A stretch of 64,000 nt of DNA. Origin: Escherichia phage vB_Eco_TB37. Made by a program: the position numbers and the translations under genes. The stretch is taken from sequence record OZ035850; one strand, written 5' to 3'. Shown piece after piece: positions 1-12,013 of this stretch; position 1 is the stretch's first letter, and each line of letters starts with the position of its first letter. The notes beneath the pieces were generated by a model that made no database searches, was not told where the DNA came from, and saw nothing but the letters and a program-made list of their open reading frames with translations.

Positions 1-1893
1 GCCGGTAAATTCCAGTGGGGTCCTGCTTTTCAGATTAAACAGGTTACAAATGAAGTAGATTTAGTTAATACTTTTGGTCAACCAACCGCTGAAACTGCTG
101 ACTATTTTATGTCTGCGATGAATTTCTTGCAGTACGGAAATGACTTACGAGTAGTTCGTGCTGTTGATAGAGATACCGCTAAAAACTCATCGCCAATTGC
201 TGGTAATATTGAATACACAATTTCTACCCCAGGTAGTAACTACGCGGTTGGAGATAAAATCACGGTCAAATATGTTTCAGATGATATTGAAACTGAAGGT
301 AAAATTACTGAAGTAGACGCAGATGGAAAAATTAAGAAAATTAATATTCCTACTGCAAAAATTATCGCTAAAGCGAAAGAAGTTGGTGAATATCCAACAC
401 TAGGTTCTAACTGGACTGCGGAAATTTCTTCGTCTTCCTCTGGTTTAGCTGCAGTAATAACTCTTGGAAAAATTATTACTGATTCTGGTATTTTATTAGC
501 TGAAATTGAAAATGCTGAAGCTGCTATGACAGCGGTTGACTTTCAAACAAATCTTAAAAAATACGGAATTCCAGGAGTAGTAGCTCTTTATCCAGGCGAA
601 TTAGGCGATAAAATTGAAATTGAAATCGTATCTAAAGCTGACTACGCAAAAGGAGCTTCTGCATTACTCCCAATTTATCCAGGTGGTGGTACTCGTGCAT
701 CTACTGCTAAAGCAGTGTTTGGATATGGACCACAAACTGATTCACAGTATGCTATTATAGTTCGTCGTAATGATGCTATTGTTCAAAGCGTTGTTCTTTC
801 AACTAAGCGTGGTGAAAAAGATATTTACGATAGTAACATCTATATCGATGACTTTTTCGCAAAAGGTGGTTCAGAATATATTTTTGCAACTGCACAAAAC
901 TGGCCAGAAGGCTTCTCTGGAATTTTAACTCTGTCTGGTGGATTATCATCAAATGCTGAAGTAACAGCAGGAGATTTGATGGAAGCTTGGGACTTCTTTG
1001 CTGACCGTGAATCCGTTGATGTTCAACTGTTTATTGCGGGTTCTTGTGCCGGTGAATCTTTAGAAACAGCATCTACTGTCCAAAAACACGTCGTTTCAAT
1101 TGGGGATGCTCGCCAAGATTGCTTAGTATTATGCTCTCCTCCGCGTGAAACTGTAGTTGGAATTCCTGTAACTCGTGCTGTTGATAACTTAGTCAATTGG
1201 AGAACTGCAGCAGGTTCATACACTGATAATAATTTTAATATCAGTTCAACCTATGCAGCAATTGATGGTAACTATAAGTATCAGTATGACAAATATAATG
1301 ATGTGAATCGTTGGGTTCCATTAGCAGCTGATATTGCTGGTTTATGCGCGAGAACCGATAACGTTTCTCAGACTTGGATGTCTCCAGCTGGTTATAATCG
1401 TGGCCAAATTTTGAACGTTATTAAACTTGCTATTGAAACTCGCCAGGCTCAGCGTGACCGTTTATACCAAGAAGCTATCAACCCAGTAACTGGTACAGGT
1501 GGTGATGGTTACGTATTGTATGGTGATAAAACAGCTACTTCTGTTCCTTCTCCATTTGATCGTATTAACGTTCGTCGTCTGTTTAATATGTTGAAAACGA
1601 ATATCGGACGTAGTTCAAAATATCGTTTGTTCGAATTAAACAACGCGTTTACTCGTTCATCATTCCGCACAGAAACTGCCCAGTACTTACAGGGAATTAA
1701 AGCTCTCGGTGGAATTTATGAATATCGTGTAGTTTGCGATACAACAAATAACACTCCGTCAGTAATTGATAGAAATGAGTTTGTTGCAACATTCTACATC
1801 CAACCGGCCAGAAGCATTAACTACATTACCTTAAACTTCGTAGCAACTGCTACTGGTGCAGATTTCGATGAGTTAACTGGTCTTGCAGGTTAA
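1..1893 (+). CDS. 18: Tail sheath protein gp18, 5' partial (frame open from window position 1)
   Basis: 594-aa ORF plus in-frame open reading to window edge; sequence and position upstream of gp19 match T4 tail sheath. Confidence 0.93.
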   Translation, partial: AGKFQWGPAFQIKQVTNEVDLVNTFGQPTAETADYFMSAMNFLQYGNDLRVVRAVDRDTAKNSSPIAGNIEYTISTPGSNYAVGDKITVKYVSDDIETEGKITEVDADGKIKKINIPTAKIIAKAKEVGEYPTLGSNWTAEISSSSSGLAAVITLGKIITDSGILLAEIENAEAAMTAVDFQTNLKKYGIPGVVALYPGELGDKIEIEIVSKADYAKGASALLPIYPGGGTRASTAKAVFGYGPQTDSQYAIIVRRNDAIVQSVVLSTKRGEKDIYDSNIYIDDFFAKGGSEYIFATAQNWPEGFSGILTLSGGLSSNAEVTAGDLMEAWDFFADRESVDVQLFIAGSCAGESLETASTVQKHVVSIGDARQDCLVLCSPPRETVVGIPVTRAVDNLVNWRTAAGSYTDNNFNISSTYAAIDGNYKYQYDKYNDVNRWVPLAADIAGLCARTDNVSQTWMSPAGYNRGQILNVIKLAIETRQAQRDRLYQEAINPVTGTGGDGYVLYGDKTATSVPSPFDRINVRRLFNMLKTNIGRSSKYRLFELNNAFTRSSFRTETAQYLQGIKALGGIYEYRVVCDTTNNTPSVIDRNEFVATFYIQPARSINYITLNFVATATGADFDELTGLAG

Positions 1894-1928
1894 TACGGTG
1901 CATTCTAAAGGCCTGTTTCGACAGGCCA

Positions 1929-1936
1929 TATAAATA
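1929..1936 (+). promoter_or_regulatory. Late promoter motif TATAAATA upstream of gene 19
   Basis: Exact TATAAATA. Confidence 0.6.
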
Positions 1937-1987
1937 CACTATATCCTTAATTCTTTAATTCTATATGCCCTAGGTTAAACATAGGGA

Positions 1988-1995
1988 TATAAATA
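1988..1995 (+). promoter_or_regulatory. Late promoter motif TATAAATA, 15 nt upstream of gene 19 ATG
   Basis: Exact TATAAATA. Confidence 0.7.
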
Positions 1996-2009
1996 CTACA
2001 GAGGCTAAT

Positions 2010-2501
2010 ATGTTTGTAGATGATGTAACACGAGCGTTTGAATCTGGTGATTTTGCTCGACCTAACTTATTCCAAGTAGAAATTTCTTATCTTGGACAAA
2101 ATTTTACGTTTCAATGTAAAGCCACTGCTTTACCAGCTGGTATTGTAGAAAAAATTCCAGTCGGATTTATGAACCGTAAAATTAACGTAGCAGGTGATCG
2201 TACATTCGATGACTGGACTGTTACAGTAATGAACGATGAGGCACATGATGCTCGCCAGAAGTTCGTTGATTGGCAAAGCATTGCTGCTGGTCAAGGAAAC
2301 GAAATTACTGGTGGAAAACCTGCAGAGTATAAAAAGAGCGCTATCGTTCGTCAATATGCTCGTGACGCTAAAACAGTAACAAAAGAAATTGAAATTAAAG
2401 GTCTGTGGCCTACTAACGTGGGTGAACTTCAATTAGATTGGGATTCAAACAATGAAATCCAAACCTTTGAAGTAACTCTTGCTCTCGATTATTGGGAATA
2501 A
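2010..2501 (+). CDS. 19: Tail tube protein gp19
   Basis: 163 aa, ATG start, two TATAAATA late promoter motifs upstream, synteny after gp18. Confidence 0.93.
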   Translation: MFVDDVTRAFESGDFARPNLFQVEISYLGQNFTFQCKATALPAGIVEKIPVGFMNRKINVAGDRTFDDWTVTVMNDEAHDARQKFVDWQSIAAGQGNEITGGKPAEYKKSAIVRQYARDAKTVTKEIEIKGLWPTNVGELQLDWDSNNEIQTFEVTLALDYWE

Positions 2502-2533
2502 AATGAATGGGGAGAAATCCCCATCCTGCTTAA

Positions 2534-4158
<1,625 letters not shown>

Positions 4159-4159
<1 letters not shown>

Positions 4160-4407
4160 TGGAAGGTTTAATTGAAGCTATTAAATCAAACGACCTCGTA
4201 GCCGCTCGTAAATTATTTGCTGAAGCCATGGCTGCAAGAACGATTGATTTAATTAAAGAAGAAAAAATCGCTATCGCTCGTAATTTCTTAATCGAAGGTG
4301 AAGAACCTGATGACGAGGATGATGACGAAGACGAAGATAGTGATGATAAAGACGACAAAAAAGACAAAGACTCTGATGAAGATGACGAAGACGAGGATGA
4401 TGAATAA
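4159..4407 (+). CDS. 67: Prohead core protein gp67 with acidic Asp/Glu-rich C-terminus
   Basis: 82 aa, TAATG overlap with gp20 stop, acidic tail, synteny. Confidence 0.85.
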
Positions 4408-4832
4408 TGCTTCTGATCCCTGAAACTCATGAATTAGTTCTCGAGAATGTCGAAGCACTTATTCCTGAAGCACAGGGTCGCTTTGACGAATTGTCTTCTG
4501 CTTTAAATAAAGACGATATAAATACAATTGTCGAGAATATGCTTGATGATGAAACTGATTTAGCGGTTGCATTAGCTTCTATTAATGAAAATATGCCGCT
4601 AAATGAATTTATCGTTAAACATGTTTCCGCCCGTGGTGAAATTACACGTACTAAAGACCGCAAGACGCGTGAACGTAATGCATTTCAAACCACTGGGCTG
4701 TCTAAAGCAAAACGTAGACAAATTGCTCGTAAAGCTACCAAAACGAAGATTGCCAATCCAGCAGGTCAATCTCGTGCTCAGCGTAAGCGTAAAAAAGCTC
4801 TTAAACGCCGTAAAGCATTAGGATTAAGCTAA
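4407..4832 (+). CDS. 68: Prohead core protein gp68
   Basis: 141 aa, TAATG-coupled to gp67, basic C-terminus, synteny. Confidence 0.85.
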
Positions 4833-5470
4833 TGAATGAACCCCAATTACTAATTGAAACTTGGGGTCAACCTGGCGAAATTATTGATGGCGTGCCAATG
4901 CTTGAATCTCATGATGGAAAAGACCTAGGTTTAAAACCTGGTTTATACATCGAAGGAATATTCATGCAAGCGGAAGTCGTCAATAGAAATAAACGTCTTT
5001 ATCCAAAACGCATATTAGAAAAAGCGGTAAAAGACTATATCAATGAGCAAGTTTTAACTAAACAAGCTCTCGGAGAATTAAATCATCCTCCACGCGCTAA
5101 TGTTGACCCGATGCAAGCCGCTATCATTATAGAAGATATGTGGTGGAAAGGAAATGACGTATACGGACGAGCTCGTGTTATTGAAGGTGACCATGGTCCT
5201 GGAGATAAATTAGCAGCTAATATTCGTGCCGGATGGATTCCAGGAGTTTCTTCTCGTGGATTAGGTTCATTGACTGACACAAATAAAGGTTATCGTATCG
5301 TAAACGAAGGATTCAAATTAACTGTAGGTGTTGATGCAGTATGGGGTCCAAGTGCTCCAGATGCATGGGTAACTCCTAAGGAAATTACCGAATCACAGAC
5401 GGCGGAAGCCGATACAAGTGCCGATGACGCCTATATGGCTCTCGCAGAGGCCATGAAAAAAGCGTTATAA
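4832..5470 (+). CDS. 21: Prohead core protease gp21
   Basis: 212 aa, TAATG-coupled to gp68, synteny in head module. Confidence 0.9.
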   Translation: MNEPQLLIETWGQPGEIIDGVPMLESHDGKDLGLKPGLYIEGIFMQAEVVNRNKRLYPKRILEKAVKDYINEQVLTKQALGELNHPPRANVDPMQAAIIIEDMWWKGNDVYGRARVIEGDHGPGDKLAANIRAGWIPGVSSRGLGSLTDTNKGYRIVNEGFKLTVGVDAVWGPSAPDAWVTPKEITESQTAEADTSADDAYMALAEAMKKAL

Positions 5471-5473
5471 ATA
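5466..5473 (+). promoter_or_regulatory. Late promoter motif upstream of gene 22
   Basis: Exact TATAAATA overlapping gene 21 stop. Confidence 0.65.
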
Positions 5474-5500
5474 TTATTATCTAAACAACAGGACTACAAA

Positions 5501-6310
5501 ATGCTTAAAGAACAACTGATTGCCGAAGCGCAGAAAATTGATGCTTCCGTTGCTCTTGATAGTATTTTCGAATCAGTTAATATTTCTCCGGAAGCAAAAG
5601 AAACTTTCGGCACTGTATTCGAAGCTACCGTCAAGCAGCACGCCGTTAAATTAGCTGAATCTCATATCGCTAAAATTGCTGAAAAAGCAGAAGAAGAAGT
5701 AGAAAAAAATAAAGAAGAAGCCGAAGAAAAAGCTGAGAAGAAAATCGCTGAGCAAGCTTCTAAATTCATTGACCATCTTGCGAAAGAATGGCTCGCTGAA
5801 AATAAATTAGCAGTTGATAAAGGCATCAAAGCCGAACTGTTTGAATCCATGCTTGGTGGATTAAAAGAGCTCTTTGTTGAACACAACGTTGTTGTTCCAG
5901 AAGAATCGGTTGATGTTGTAGCTGAAATGGAAGAAGAGCTGCAAGAACATAAAGAAGAATCAGCTCGTCTGTTCGAAGAACTCAATAAGCGTGACGCATA
6001 TATCAATTATGTGCAGCGTGAAGTGGCATTGAGCGAAAGTACTAAAGATCTGACTGAGTCTCAAAAAGAAAAAGTCTCTGCTCTGGTCGAAGGTATGGAT
6101 TATTCAGATGCATTCTCAAGTAAATTGAGTGCAATCGTAGAAATGGTGAAGAAATCTAATAAAGATGAAAGCACTATTACTGAGAGTATAAATACTCCTG
6201 ATACTGAAGCAGCCGGACTGAATTTCGTCACTGAAGCTGTAGAAGATAAAGCTGCACAGGGTGCAGAAGATATTGTAAGTGTATATGCGAAAGTCGCATC
6301 TCGTTTCTAA
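5501..6310 (+). CDS. 22: Prohead core scaffold protein gp22
   Basis: 269 aa, highly charged coiled-coil-like protein, TATAAATA upstream, synteny. Confidence 0.9.
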   Translation: MLKEQLIAEAQKIDASVALDSIFESVNISPEAKETFGTVFEATVKQHAVKLAESHIAKIAEKAEEEVEKNKEEAEEKAEKKIAEQASKFIDHLAKEWLAENKLAVDKGIKAELFESMLGGLKELFVEHNVVVPEESVDVVAEMEEELQEHKEESARLFEELNKRDAYINYVQREVALSESTKDLTESQKEKVSALVEGMDYSDAFSSKLSAIVEMVKKSNKDESTITESINTPDTEAAGLNFVTEAVEDKAAQGAEDIVSVYAKVASRF

Positions 6311-6328
6311 TTTTAAAGGTTAACACAA

Positions 6329-7894
6329 ATGACTATCAAAACTAAAGCTGAACTTTTGAACAAATGGAAGCCATTACTGGAAGGTGAAGGTTTACCGGAA
6401 ATTGCTAATAGCAAACAAGCGATTATCGCTAAAATCTTTGAAAACCAGGAAAAAGATTTCCAGACAGCTCCAGAATATAAAGACGAAAAAATTGCTCAGG
6501 CATTTGGTTCTTTCTTAACAGAAGCTGAAATCGGTGGTGACCACGGTTACAATGCTACCAACATCGCTGCAGGTCAGACTTCTGGCGCAGTAACTCAGAT
6601 TGGCCCAGCTGTTATGGGTATGGTACGTCGTGCTATTCCTAACCTGATTGCTTTCGATATTTGTGGTGTTCAGCCGATGAACAGCCCAACCGGTCAGGTA
6701 TTCGCACTCCGCGCGGTATATGGTAAAGATCCGATCGCTGCCGGTGCTAAAGAAGCATTCCACCCAATGTATGGTCCAGATGCAATGTTCTCTGGTCAGG
6801 GTGCTGCTAAGAAATTCCCAGCTCTGGCTGCTAGCACAGAAACCACAGTAGGTGATATCTATACTCACTTCTTCCAGGACACTGGTACTGTGTATCTGCA
6901 AGCTTCTGCTCAAGTAACAATTAGTGCAAGCGCAACTGATGCAGATAAATTAGATGCTGAAATTAAGAAACAAATGGAAGCTGGTGCACTGGTAGAAATC
7001 GCTGAAGGTATGGCTACTTCTATCGCTGAACTCCAGGAAGGTTTCAACGGTTCTACCGATAACCCATGGAATGAAATGGGCTTCCGTATCGATAAACAAG
7101 TTATCGAAGCTAAATCTCGCCAGCTGAAAGCTGCTTACTCTATCGAATTAGCACAAGACCTCCGCGCTGTTCACGGTATGGATGCTGACGCTGAACTGTC
7201 TGGTATTCTGGCTACAGAAATTATGCTGGAAATCAACCGTGAAGTTGTTGATTGGATTAACTACTCCGCACAGGTTGGTAAATCTGGTATGACCCTGACT
7301 CCGGGTTCTAAAGCTGGTGTATTTGACTTCCAGGATCCGATTGATATTCGTGGTGCTCGCTGGGCGGGTGAATCCTTTAAAGCTCTGTTGTTCCAGATTG
7401 ACAAAGAAGCAGTTGAAATTGCTCGTCAAACCGGTCGCGGCGAAGGTAACTTCATTATCGCTTCTCGTAACGTAGTTAACGTACTGGCTTCTGTTGATAC
7501 TGGCATTTCTTATGCTGCTCAAGGTTTGGCAACCGGTTTTAATACTGATACTACTAAGTCAGTATTTGCAGGTGTTCTGGGTGGTAAATACCGTGTATAT
7601 ATCGACCAGTATGCTAAACAGGATTATTTCACTGTAGGTTATAAAGGTCCGAACGAAATGGATGCTGGTATTTACTATGCTCCATATGTAGCTCTGACTC
7701 CGCTGCGTGGTTCCGATCCGAAGAACTTCCAACCAGTAATGGGATTCAAAACTCGTTACGGTATCGGTATCAACCCATTTGCAGAATCCGCTGCTCAGGC
7801 TCCGGCTTCTCGCATTCAGAGTGGTATGCCTTCTATCCTGAACAGCCTTGGTAAGAACGCTTACTTCCGCCGTGTATATGTTAAAGGTATCTAA
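6329..7894 (+). CDS. 23: Major capsid protein gp23
   Basis: 521 aa, high-expression codon usage, followed by hairpin terminator, synteny. Confidence 0.95.
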   Translation: MTIKTKAELLNKWKPLLEGEGLPEIANSKQAIIAKIFENQEKDFQTAPEYKDEKIAQAFGSFLTEAEIGGDHGYNATNIAAGQTSGAVTQIGPAVMGMVRRAIPNLIAFDICGVQPMNSPTGQVFALRAVYGKDPIAAGAKEAFHPMYGPDAMFSGQGAAKKFPALAASTETTVGDIYTHFFQDTGTVYLQASAQVTISASATDADKLDAEIKKQMEAGALVEIAEGMATSIAELQEGFNGSTDNPWNEMGFRIDKQVIEAKSRQLKAAYSIELAQDLRAVHGMDADAELSGILATEIMLEINREVVDWINYSAQVGKSGMTLTPGSKAGVFDFQDPIDIRGARWAGESFKALLFQIDKEAVEIARQTGRGEGNFIIASRNVVNVLASVDTGISYAAQGLATGFNTDTTKSVFAGVLGGKYRVYIDQYAKQDYFTVGYKGPNEMDAGIYYAPYVALTPLRGSDPKNFQPVMGFKTRYGIGINPFAESAAQAPASRIQSGMPSILNSLGKNAYFRRVYVKGI

Positions 7895-7908
7895 TCTTTG
7901 ACGATTTA

Positions 7909-7938
7909 AGGGACCTTCGGGTCCCTTTAGTTGTTTTT
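7909..7938 (+). terminator. Intrinsic terminator after gene 23 (GGGACC-TTCG-GGTCCC then T-rich)
   Basis: Perfect 6-bp GC stem, UUCG tetraloop, T-tract. Confidence 0.7.
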
Positions 7939-7942
7939 ATGG

Positions 7943-7950
7943 TATAAATA
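7943..7950 (+). promoter_or_regulatory. Late promoter motif upstream of gene 24
   Basis: Exact TATAAATA. Confidence 0.7.
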
Positions 7951-7977
7951 AATCATATAAACCAAAAGGAAAGCGCA

Positions 7978-9261
7978 ATGGCTAAAATCAACGAACTTCT
8001 GCGCGAATCAACCACAACGAATAGCAACTCAATCGGTCGCCCAAATCTCGTTGCTTTGACTCGCGCTACCACTAAATTAATATATTCTGACATTGTAGCA
8101 ACGCAAAGAACTAATCAACCTGTTGCTGCTTTTTATGGTATCAAATACCTTAACCCAGACAATGAATTTACATTTAAAACTGGTGCTACTTATGCTGGCG
8201 AAGCTGGATATGTAGACCGAGAACAAATCACAGAATTAACAGAAGAGTCTAAATTAACTCTCAATAAAGGCGATTTATTCAAATATAATAATATCGTTTA
8301 TAAAGTATTAGAAGATACACCATTTGCTGATATTGAAGAAAGCGATTTAGAATTAGCTCTTCAGATTGCAATTGTTCTTTTAAAGGTTCGTTTATTTTCT
8401 GACGCAGCATCAACAAGCAAATTTGAAAGCTCTGATAGTGAAATTGCGGATGCTAGATTCCAGATTAATAAATGGCAAACCGCCGTTAAATCTCGTAAAC
8501 TTAAAACTGGCATCACAGTTGAATTAGCACAAGATTTAGAAGCAAATGGATTCGATGCTCCTAATTTCTTGGAAGATTTGCTTGCAACCGAAATGGCGGA
8601 TGAAATCAATAAAGATATTCTGCAGTCTTTGATTACAGTGTCAAAACGCTATAAAGTTACAGGAATTACTGATAGTGGATTCATCGATTTGAGTTATGCA
8701 TCTGCACCTGAAGCGGGTCGTTCATTATATCGAATGGTATGTGAAATGGTTTCACATATCCAAAAAGAATCAACTTATACAGCAACATTTTGTGTAGCTT
8801 CAGCTCGTGCTGCTGCGATTCTTGCTGCATCAGGTTGGTTAAAACATAAACCGGAAGATGATAAATATCTTTCACAAAATGCCTACGGGTTCTTAGCTAA
8901 TGGTTTACCGCTTTATTGCGATACTAACAGCCCATTAGATTATGTAATCGTTGGTGTAGTAGAAAATATCGGTGAAAAAGAAATTGTTGGATCAATTTTC
9001 TATGCTCCGTATACAGAAGGTCTCGACTTAGATGACCCTGAACATGTAGGTGCATTTAAAGTTGTTGTTGATCCAGAAAGCTTACAGCCGTCTATCGGTT
9101 TATTAGTTAGATATGCTTTATCAGCAAATCCTTATACCGTAGCAAAAGATGAAAAAGAAGCAAGAATAATTGACGGTGGAGACATGGATAAAATGGCTGG
9201 TCGTTCAGATTTGTCTGTTTTATTAGGTGTTAAATTACCAAAAATTATTATTGATGAATAA
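7978..9261 (+). CDS. 24: Capsid vertex protein gp24
   Basis: 427 aa, TATAAATA upstream, synteny after gp23. Confidence 0.92.
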   Translation: MAKINELLRESTTTNSNSIGRPNLVALTRATTKLIYSDIVATQRTNQPVAAFYGIKYLNPDNEFTFKTGATYAGEAGYVDREQITELTEESKLTLNKGDLFKYNNIVYKVLEDTPFADIEESDLELALQIAIVLLKVRLFSDAASTSKFESSDSEIADARFQINKWQTAVKSRKLKTGITVELAQDLEANGFDAPNFLEDLLATEMADEINKDILQSLITVSKRYKVTGITDSGFIDLSYASAPEAGRSLYRMVCEMVSHIQKESTYTATFCVASARAAAILAASGWLKHKPEDDKYLSQNAYGFLANGLPLYCDTNSPLDYVIVGVVENIGEKEIVGSIFYAPYTEGLDLDDPEHVGAFKVVVDPESLQPSIGLLVRYALSANPYTVAKDEKEARIIDGGDMDKMAGRSDLSVLLGVKLPKIIIDE

Positions 9262-9267
9262 AGCAAA

Positions 9268-9290
9268 GGGACCTTTCGGTCCCTTTTTAT
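9268..9290. terminator. Hairpin terminator between convergent gene 24 and rnlB
   Basis: GGGACC-TTTC-GGTCCC followed by TTTTTATTT. Confidence 0.65.
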
Positions 9291-10295
9291 TTAGCTCACC
9301 AACTCAATCCAAGCTGGACGAAGTACATCTTGTACCATTTTAACTAATTCCTTCTTAATCAAAGAAGGATTATCTGCTTGAGTTAGAGTAATACCTTCAC
9401 GAGAAGTTTCTTCCAAAATATCTTGAACAGTTAGCCCCATCACCTTTCCAAAATCCTTTGGACCAATTTCGCCAATTTTAGAAATAACGTTATTTACCCG
9501 GTTCAGTGTAACGTAACAAGCTAAAATTCCCACCAATTTGTTATCAGCTTCTGATAGTTCAACTTTAGCTTTAATAGGCTTATCAGACTTTTTCTTTTCA
9601 CTAAATTTGGAATTCTTGCATTTAATCGCTACACGATTGCGATTAGGCAGCCAAGAAGGATAACAAGGTTTCAATACATATCCTTCAGCGGTAAATACTT
9701 CGCCTTTTGCTTCGGCATTCCAAACGCATTTATTTGCATCAACTAATCCAGCATGGTCTACTGTAAAATTATAATCTTGGACGACAGAATCTAAATCATT
9801 TGGCAATTTAATAAGTTCTTCAAATTTACCGCGACCTAAAAGTGGAGCCATTTTAAATTTAAACGTATTACAGAATGATTCCATCATATAATCATCGACA
9901 TAAGTCACATCACCACTTTCTGTAGTAACAATAATGTCAAATACATAAAAATCTTTATCGCCATAATCAACATTCTTCTGAATGCCAGGTCCAGCGAATT
10001 CGCCAAAGACTTGATAAGATACAACCGCTGAGGTTTCCATAATATCTTGTACTGCTTTAATGGAATCAGCGTAATTCTTCAAAATAATTTCATACCCAAA
10101 GAAATCTTCAGCAGGAAGAATCGGTCCAGTACGTTTAGCACAAGTTACTTTATCACGCTCAATAATCAATGAAAAGTTTGTACCATGAATCTTTTCACGA
10201 GCTACCCATTCGCCGCCAGTCAATCCTAAACTGTAAAGTTTTTCAATAAATTTAGAGTTGTAATGATTTTCAAGACTGCTATACTTTTTAAACAT
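9291..10295 (-). CDS. rnlB: RNA ligase 2 (Rnl2)
   Basis: 334 aa, nucleotidyltransferase-type lysine motif (EKIHGTN), position after gene 24 as in T4. Confidence 0.88.
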   Translation of the reverse strand: MFKKYSSLENHYNSKFIEKLYSLGLTGGEWVAREKIHGTNFSLIIERDKVTCAKRTGPILPAEDFFGYEIILKNYADSIKAVQDIMETSAVVSYQVFGEFAGPGIQKNVDYGDKDFYVFDIIVTTESGDVTYVDDYMMESFCNTFKFKMAPLLGRGKFEELIKLPNDLDSVVQDYNFTVDHAGLVDANKCVWNAEAKGEVFTAEGYVLKPCYPSWLPNRNRVAIKCKNSKFSEKKKSDKPIKAKVELSEADNKLVGILACYVTLNRVNNVISKIGEIGPKDFGKVMGLTVQDILEETSREGITLTQADNPSLIKKELVKMVQDVLRPAWIELVS

Positions 10296-10304
10296 AATTA
10301 ATCC

Positions 10305-10583
10305 TCAAAATGTAATTTCTAACCAATCACCATCACGCTGATCACTATTGACTTTAAAGCTAAATCCTTCTTTTCTCAGCCAATCACCAATTTCTTCAGT
10401 AATCAATTTATCGCGAGCAGTACAATAATAACTAAAATATGTTTTACCTTGTTCAGCTGCTTTATTAGCAAGTTCCGAAAAATCTTTAATAAAACACTCT
10501 AGTTTAAACTGTTTACTTTTAAGTGCTTTTTCGCGTAATTGATTAGCAAAAGATTCATTTTCATAAAGATCATACTGTTCCAT
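10305..10583 (-). CDS. Hypothetical protein (position of T4 24.2)
   Basis: 92-aa ORF, ATG start, tightly packed downstream of 24.3-like ORF. Confidence 0.6.
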   Translation of the reverse strand: MEQYDLYENESFANQLREKALKSKQFKLECFIKDFSELANKAAEQGKTYFSYYCTARDKLITEEIGDWLRKEGFSFKVNSDQRDGDWLEITF

Positions 10584-10785
10584 TTTTCACCTTTTTATTA
10601 ATATGTCTTTTTCTATAGACAACTTTTTCTCGAGTCTCAAATTTATTTTTAGCAGTCATAGCTCGAGCCCATAATACAGCCACTTCTTTTGCCTGTAAGT
10701 TCAATTCACGAGCAATTTCAATGAATGACTTTCCAGACTCATGAAGAGTAAACACCACAACCTCAGTTCTCATAATCAATCTCAT
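10570..10785 (-). CDS. Hypothetical protein (position of T4 24.3)
   Basis: 71-aa ORF; start codon uncertain (ATG at 10785 or 10773). Confidence 0.5.
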   Translation of the reverse strand: MRLIMRTEVVVFTLHESGKSFIEIARELNLQAKEVAVLWARAMTAKNKFETREKVVYRKRHINKKVKNGTV

Positions 10786-10854
10786 GTTATCGAGTGGGTG
10801 CCATTATATACATCATTTTCTGATTGTGTTTTGTGTGCTTTCAAAATGAAGAAA

Positions 10855-10868
10855 GGGGCCGAAGCCCC
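10855..10868 (-). terminator. Hairpin after hoc (minus strand)
   Basis: GGGGC-CGAA-GCCCC with U-rich tract on minus strand. Confidence 0.5.
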
Positions 10869-10873
10869 TAAGA

Positions 10874-12004
10874 TTATGGATAGGTATAGATGATACCAGT
10901 TTCTAAAGCAGTTTTATGAATGATGTATCCATTGCGCGATTCTTGAACATCAACTTCTGGGTAGTCTTTCATCATCTTCTGAAGAGTGTAACGATGCAAG
11001 TAGTACTTACTATCTGGGTCGTCAGTTTTCCAATCTTTACCTTCTTCAGTCATTTTTTGGATTTCATCCATAACCCACCAACCGCACCAGATATAAGCTG
11101 AAGTACGATGTGGAAGAGGATGAACATAAGGTAATTCACCTTCTGGTTCCGGAGCAACTTTATCAGTCACTTGAACTTGGCCTTCTGCTGTAATAGTTTT
11201 GCTATCATAATCAGCGGCGGTAACAGTTGCAGTAACTTCAATGGTTTGACTTCCAATAGATGATGTATCAACGGTGTATACATTAGTTGACCCTTCTACA
11301 GGAGAAGAATCTTTCTTCCATGAATATTCGATTTGTGCTTCTTCTGGAGCATCCGTAACATTAGCCGTAAATGTAGCCGAAGCATCTTGCTGGACGTTAA
11401 TAGAAGGAGGAGTCAATGTAACCTGTGGATTCATTGTTTTCTTATTAACTGTCAATGACACTTCATTAGAAGTAACTTCCTTTGCATCATAATCTGTCGC
11501 TGTTACTTGGGCTACGCATTTAATTCTTTTTACTCCACTTGTAGTTGGAGTATAGCTAAATGTAGCGGAAGTTGCTTCACTAACAGGAGAATCATCTACA
11601 TACCACTGATACGTAGCAGATACACTTGGTGGCTGTGAATCTAAAGCAGCGGTAAATTCAACAGCTGTTCCGATTACTCCAGCATCAGGGCTACCAGGAG
11701 TTACTGCCAAGGTAGTTGTTTGTGTCTTATTTTGAACTGTGATAGTTGTACTAATTTCAGCTGTTTCGGGACTACTATCGGCAACTTGATTGGTTGCAAC
11801 TACTTTAATAGTTTTTTGACCGGCAGGTCCTTTTAGTACATAACTAAAAGTTGCTGACGTTTCTTCCTGTGGTGCATCATCAACAGTCCAAGCATATGTA
11901 ATAGGTCCATCTCCAGTTTGACCACTGGGTGTAGCAGTAAACTGCTGAGTCTGATCTATAACTCCAGTAGGTGTTTTAGGAGTTATATCAACTGTAAAAG
12001 CCAT
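10874..12004 (-). CDS. hoc: Highly immunogenic outer capsid protein Hoc (Ig-like domain repeats)
   Basis: 376 aa, Thr/Val-rich repeated Ig-like segments, synteny with inh. Confidence 0.9.
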   Translation of the reverse strand: MAFTVDITPKTPTGVIDQTQQFTATPSGQTGDGPITYAWTVDDAPQEETSATFSYVLKGPAGQKTIKVVATNQVADSSPETAEISTTITVQNKTQTTTLAVTPGSPDAGVIGTAVEFTAALDSQPPSVSATYQWYVDDSPVSEATSATFSYTPTTSGVKRIKCVAQVTATDYDAKEVTSNEVSLTVNKKTMNPQVTLTPPSINVQQDASATFTANVTDAPEEAQIEYSWKKDSSPVEGSTNVYTVDTSSIGSQTIEVTATVTAADYDSKTITAEGQVQVTDKVAPEPEGELPYVHPLPHRTSAYIWCGWWVMDEIQKMTEEGKDWKTDDPDSKYYLHRYTLQKMMKDYPEVDVQESRNGYIIHKTALETGIIYTYP

Positions 12005-12013
12005 AAGTTATCC

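Noticed and set aside
2509-2522. Hairpin GGGGA-GAAA-TCCCC after gene 19 as a terminator
   Set aside because: No following T-tract, and gene 20 follows closely; more likely an RNA stability or processing structure. The hairpins at 14257..14268 and 40108..40121 were left uncalled for the same reason.
5662-6006. 114-aa Ser-rich minus-strand ORF inside gene 22
   Set aside because: Antisense artefact of the Glu/Lys-rich scaffold gene; no RBS.
6515-7522. Two minus-strand ORFs (132 and 124 aa) inside gene 23
   Set aside because: Fully embedded antisense to the major capsid gene; no start context.
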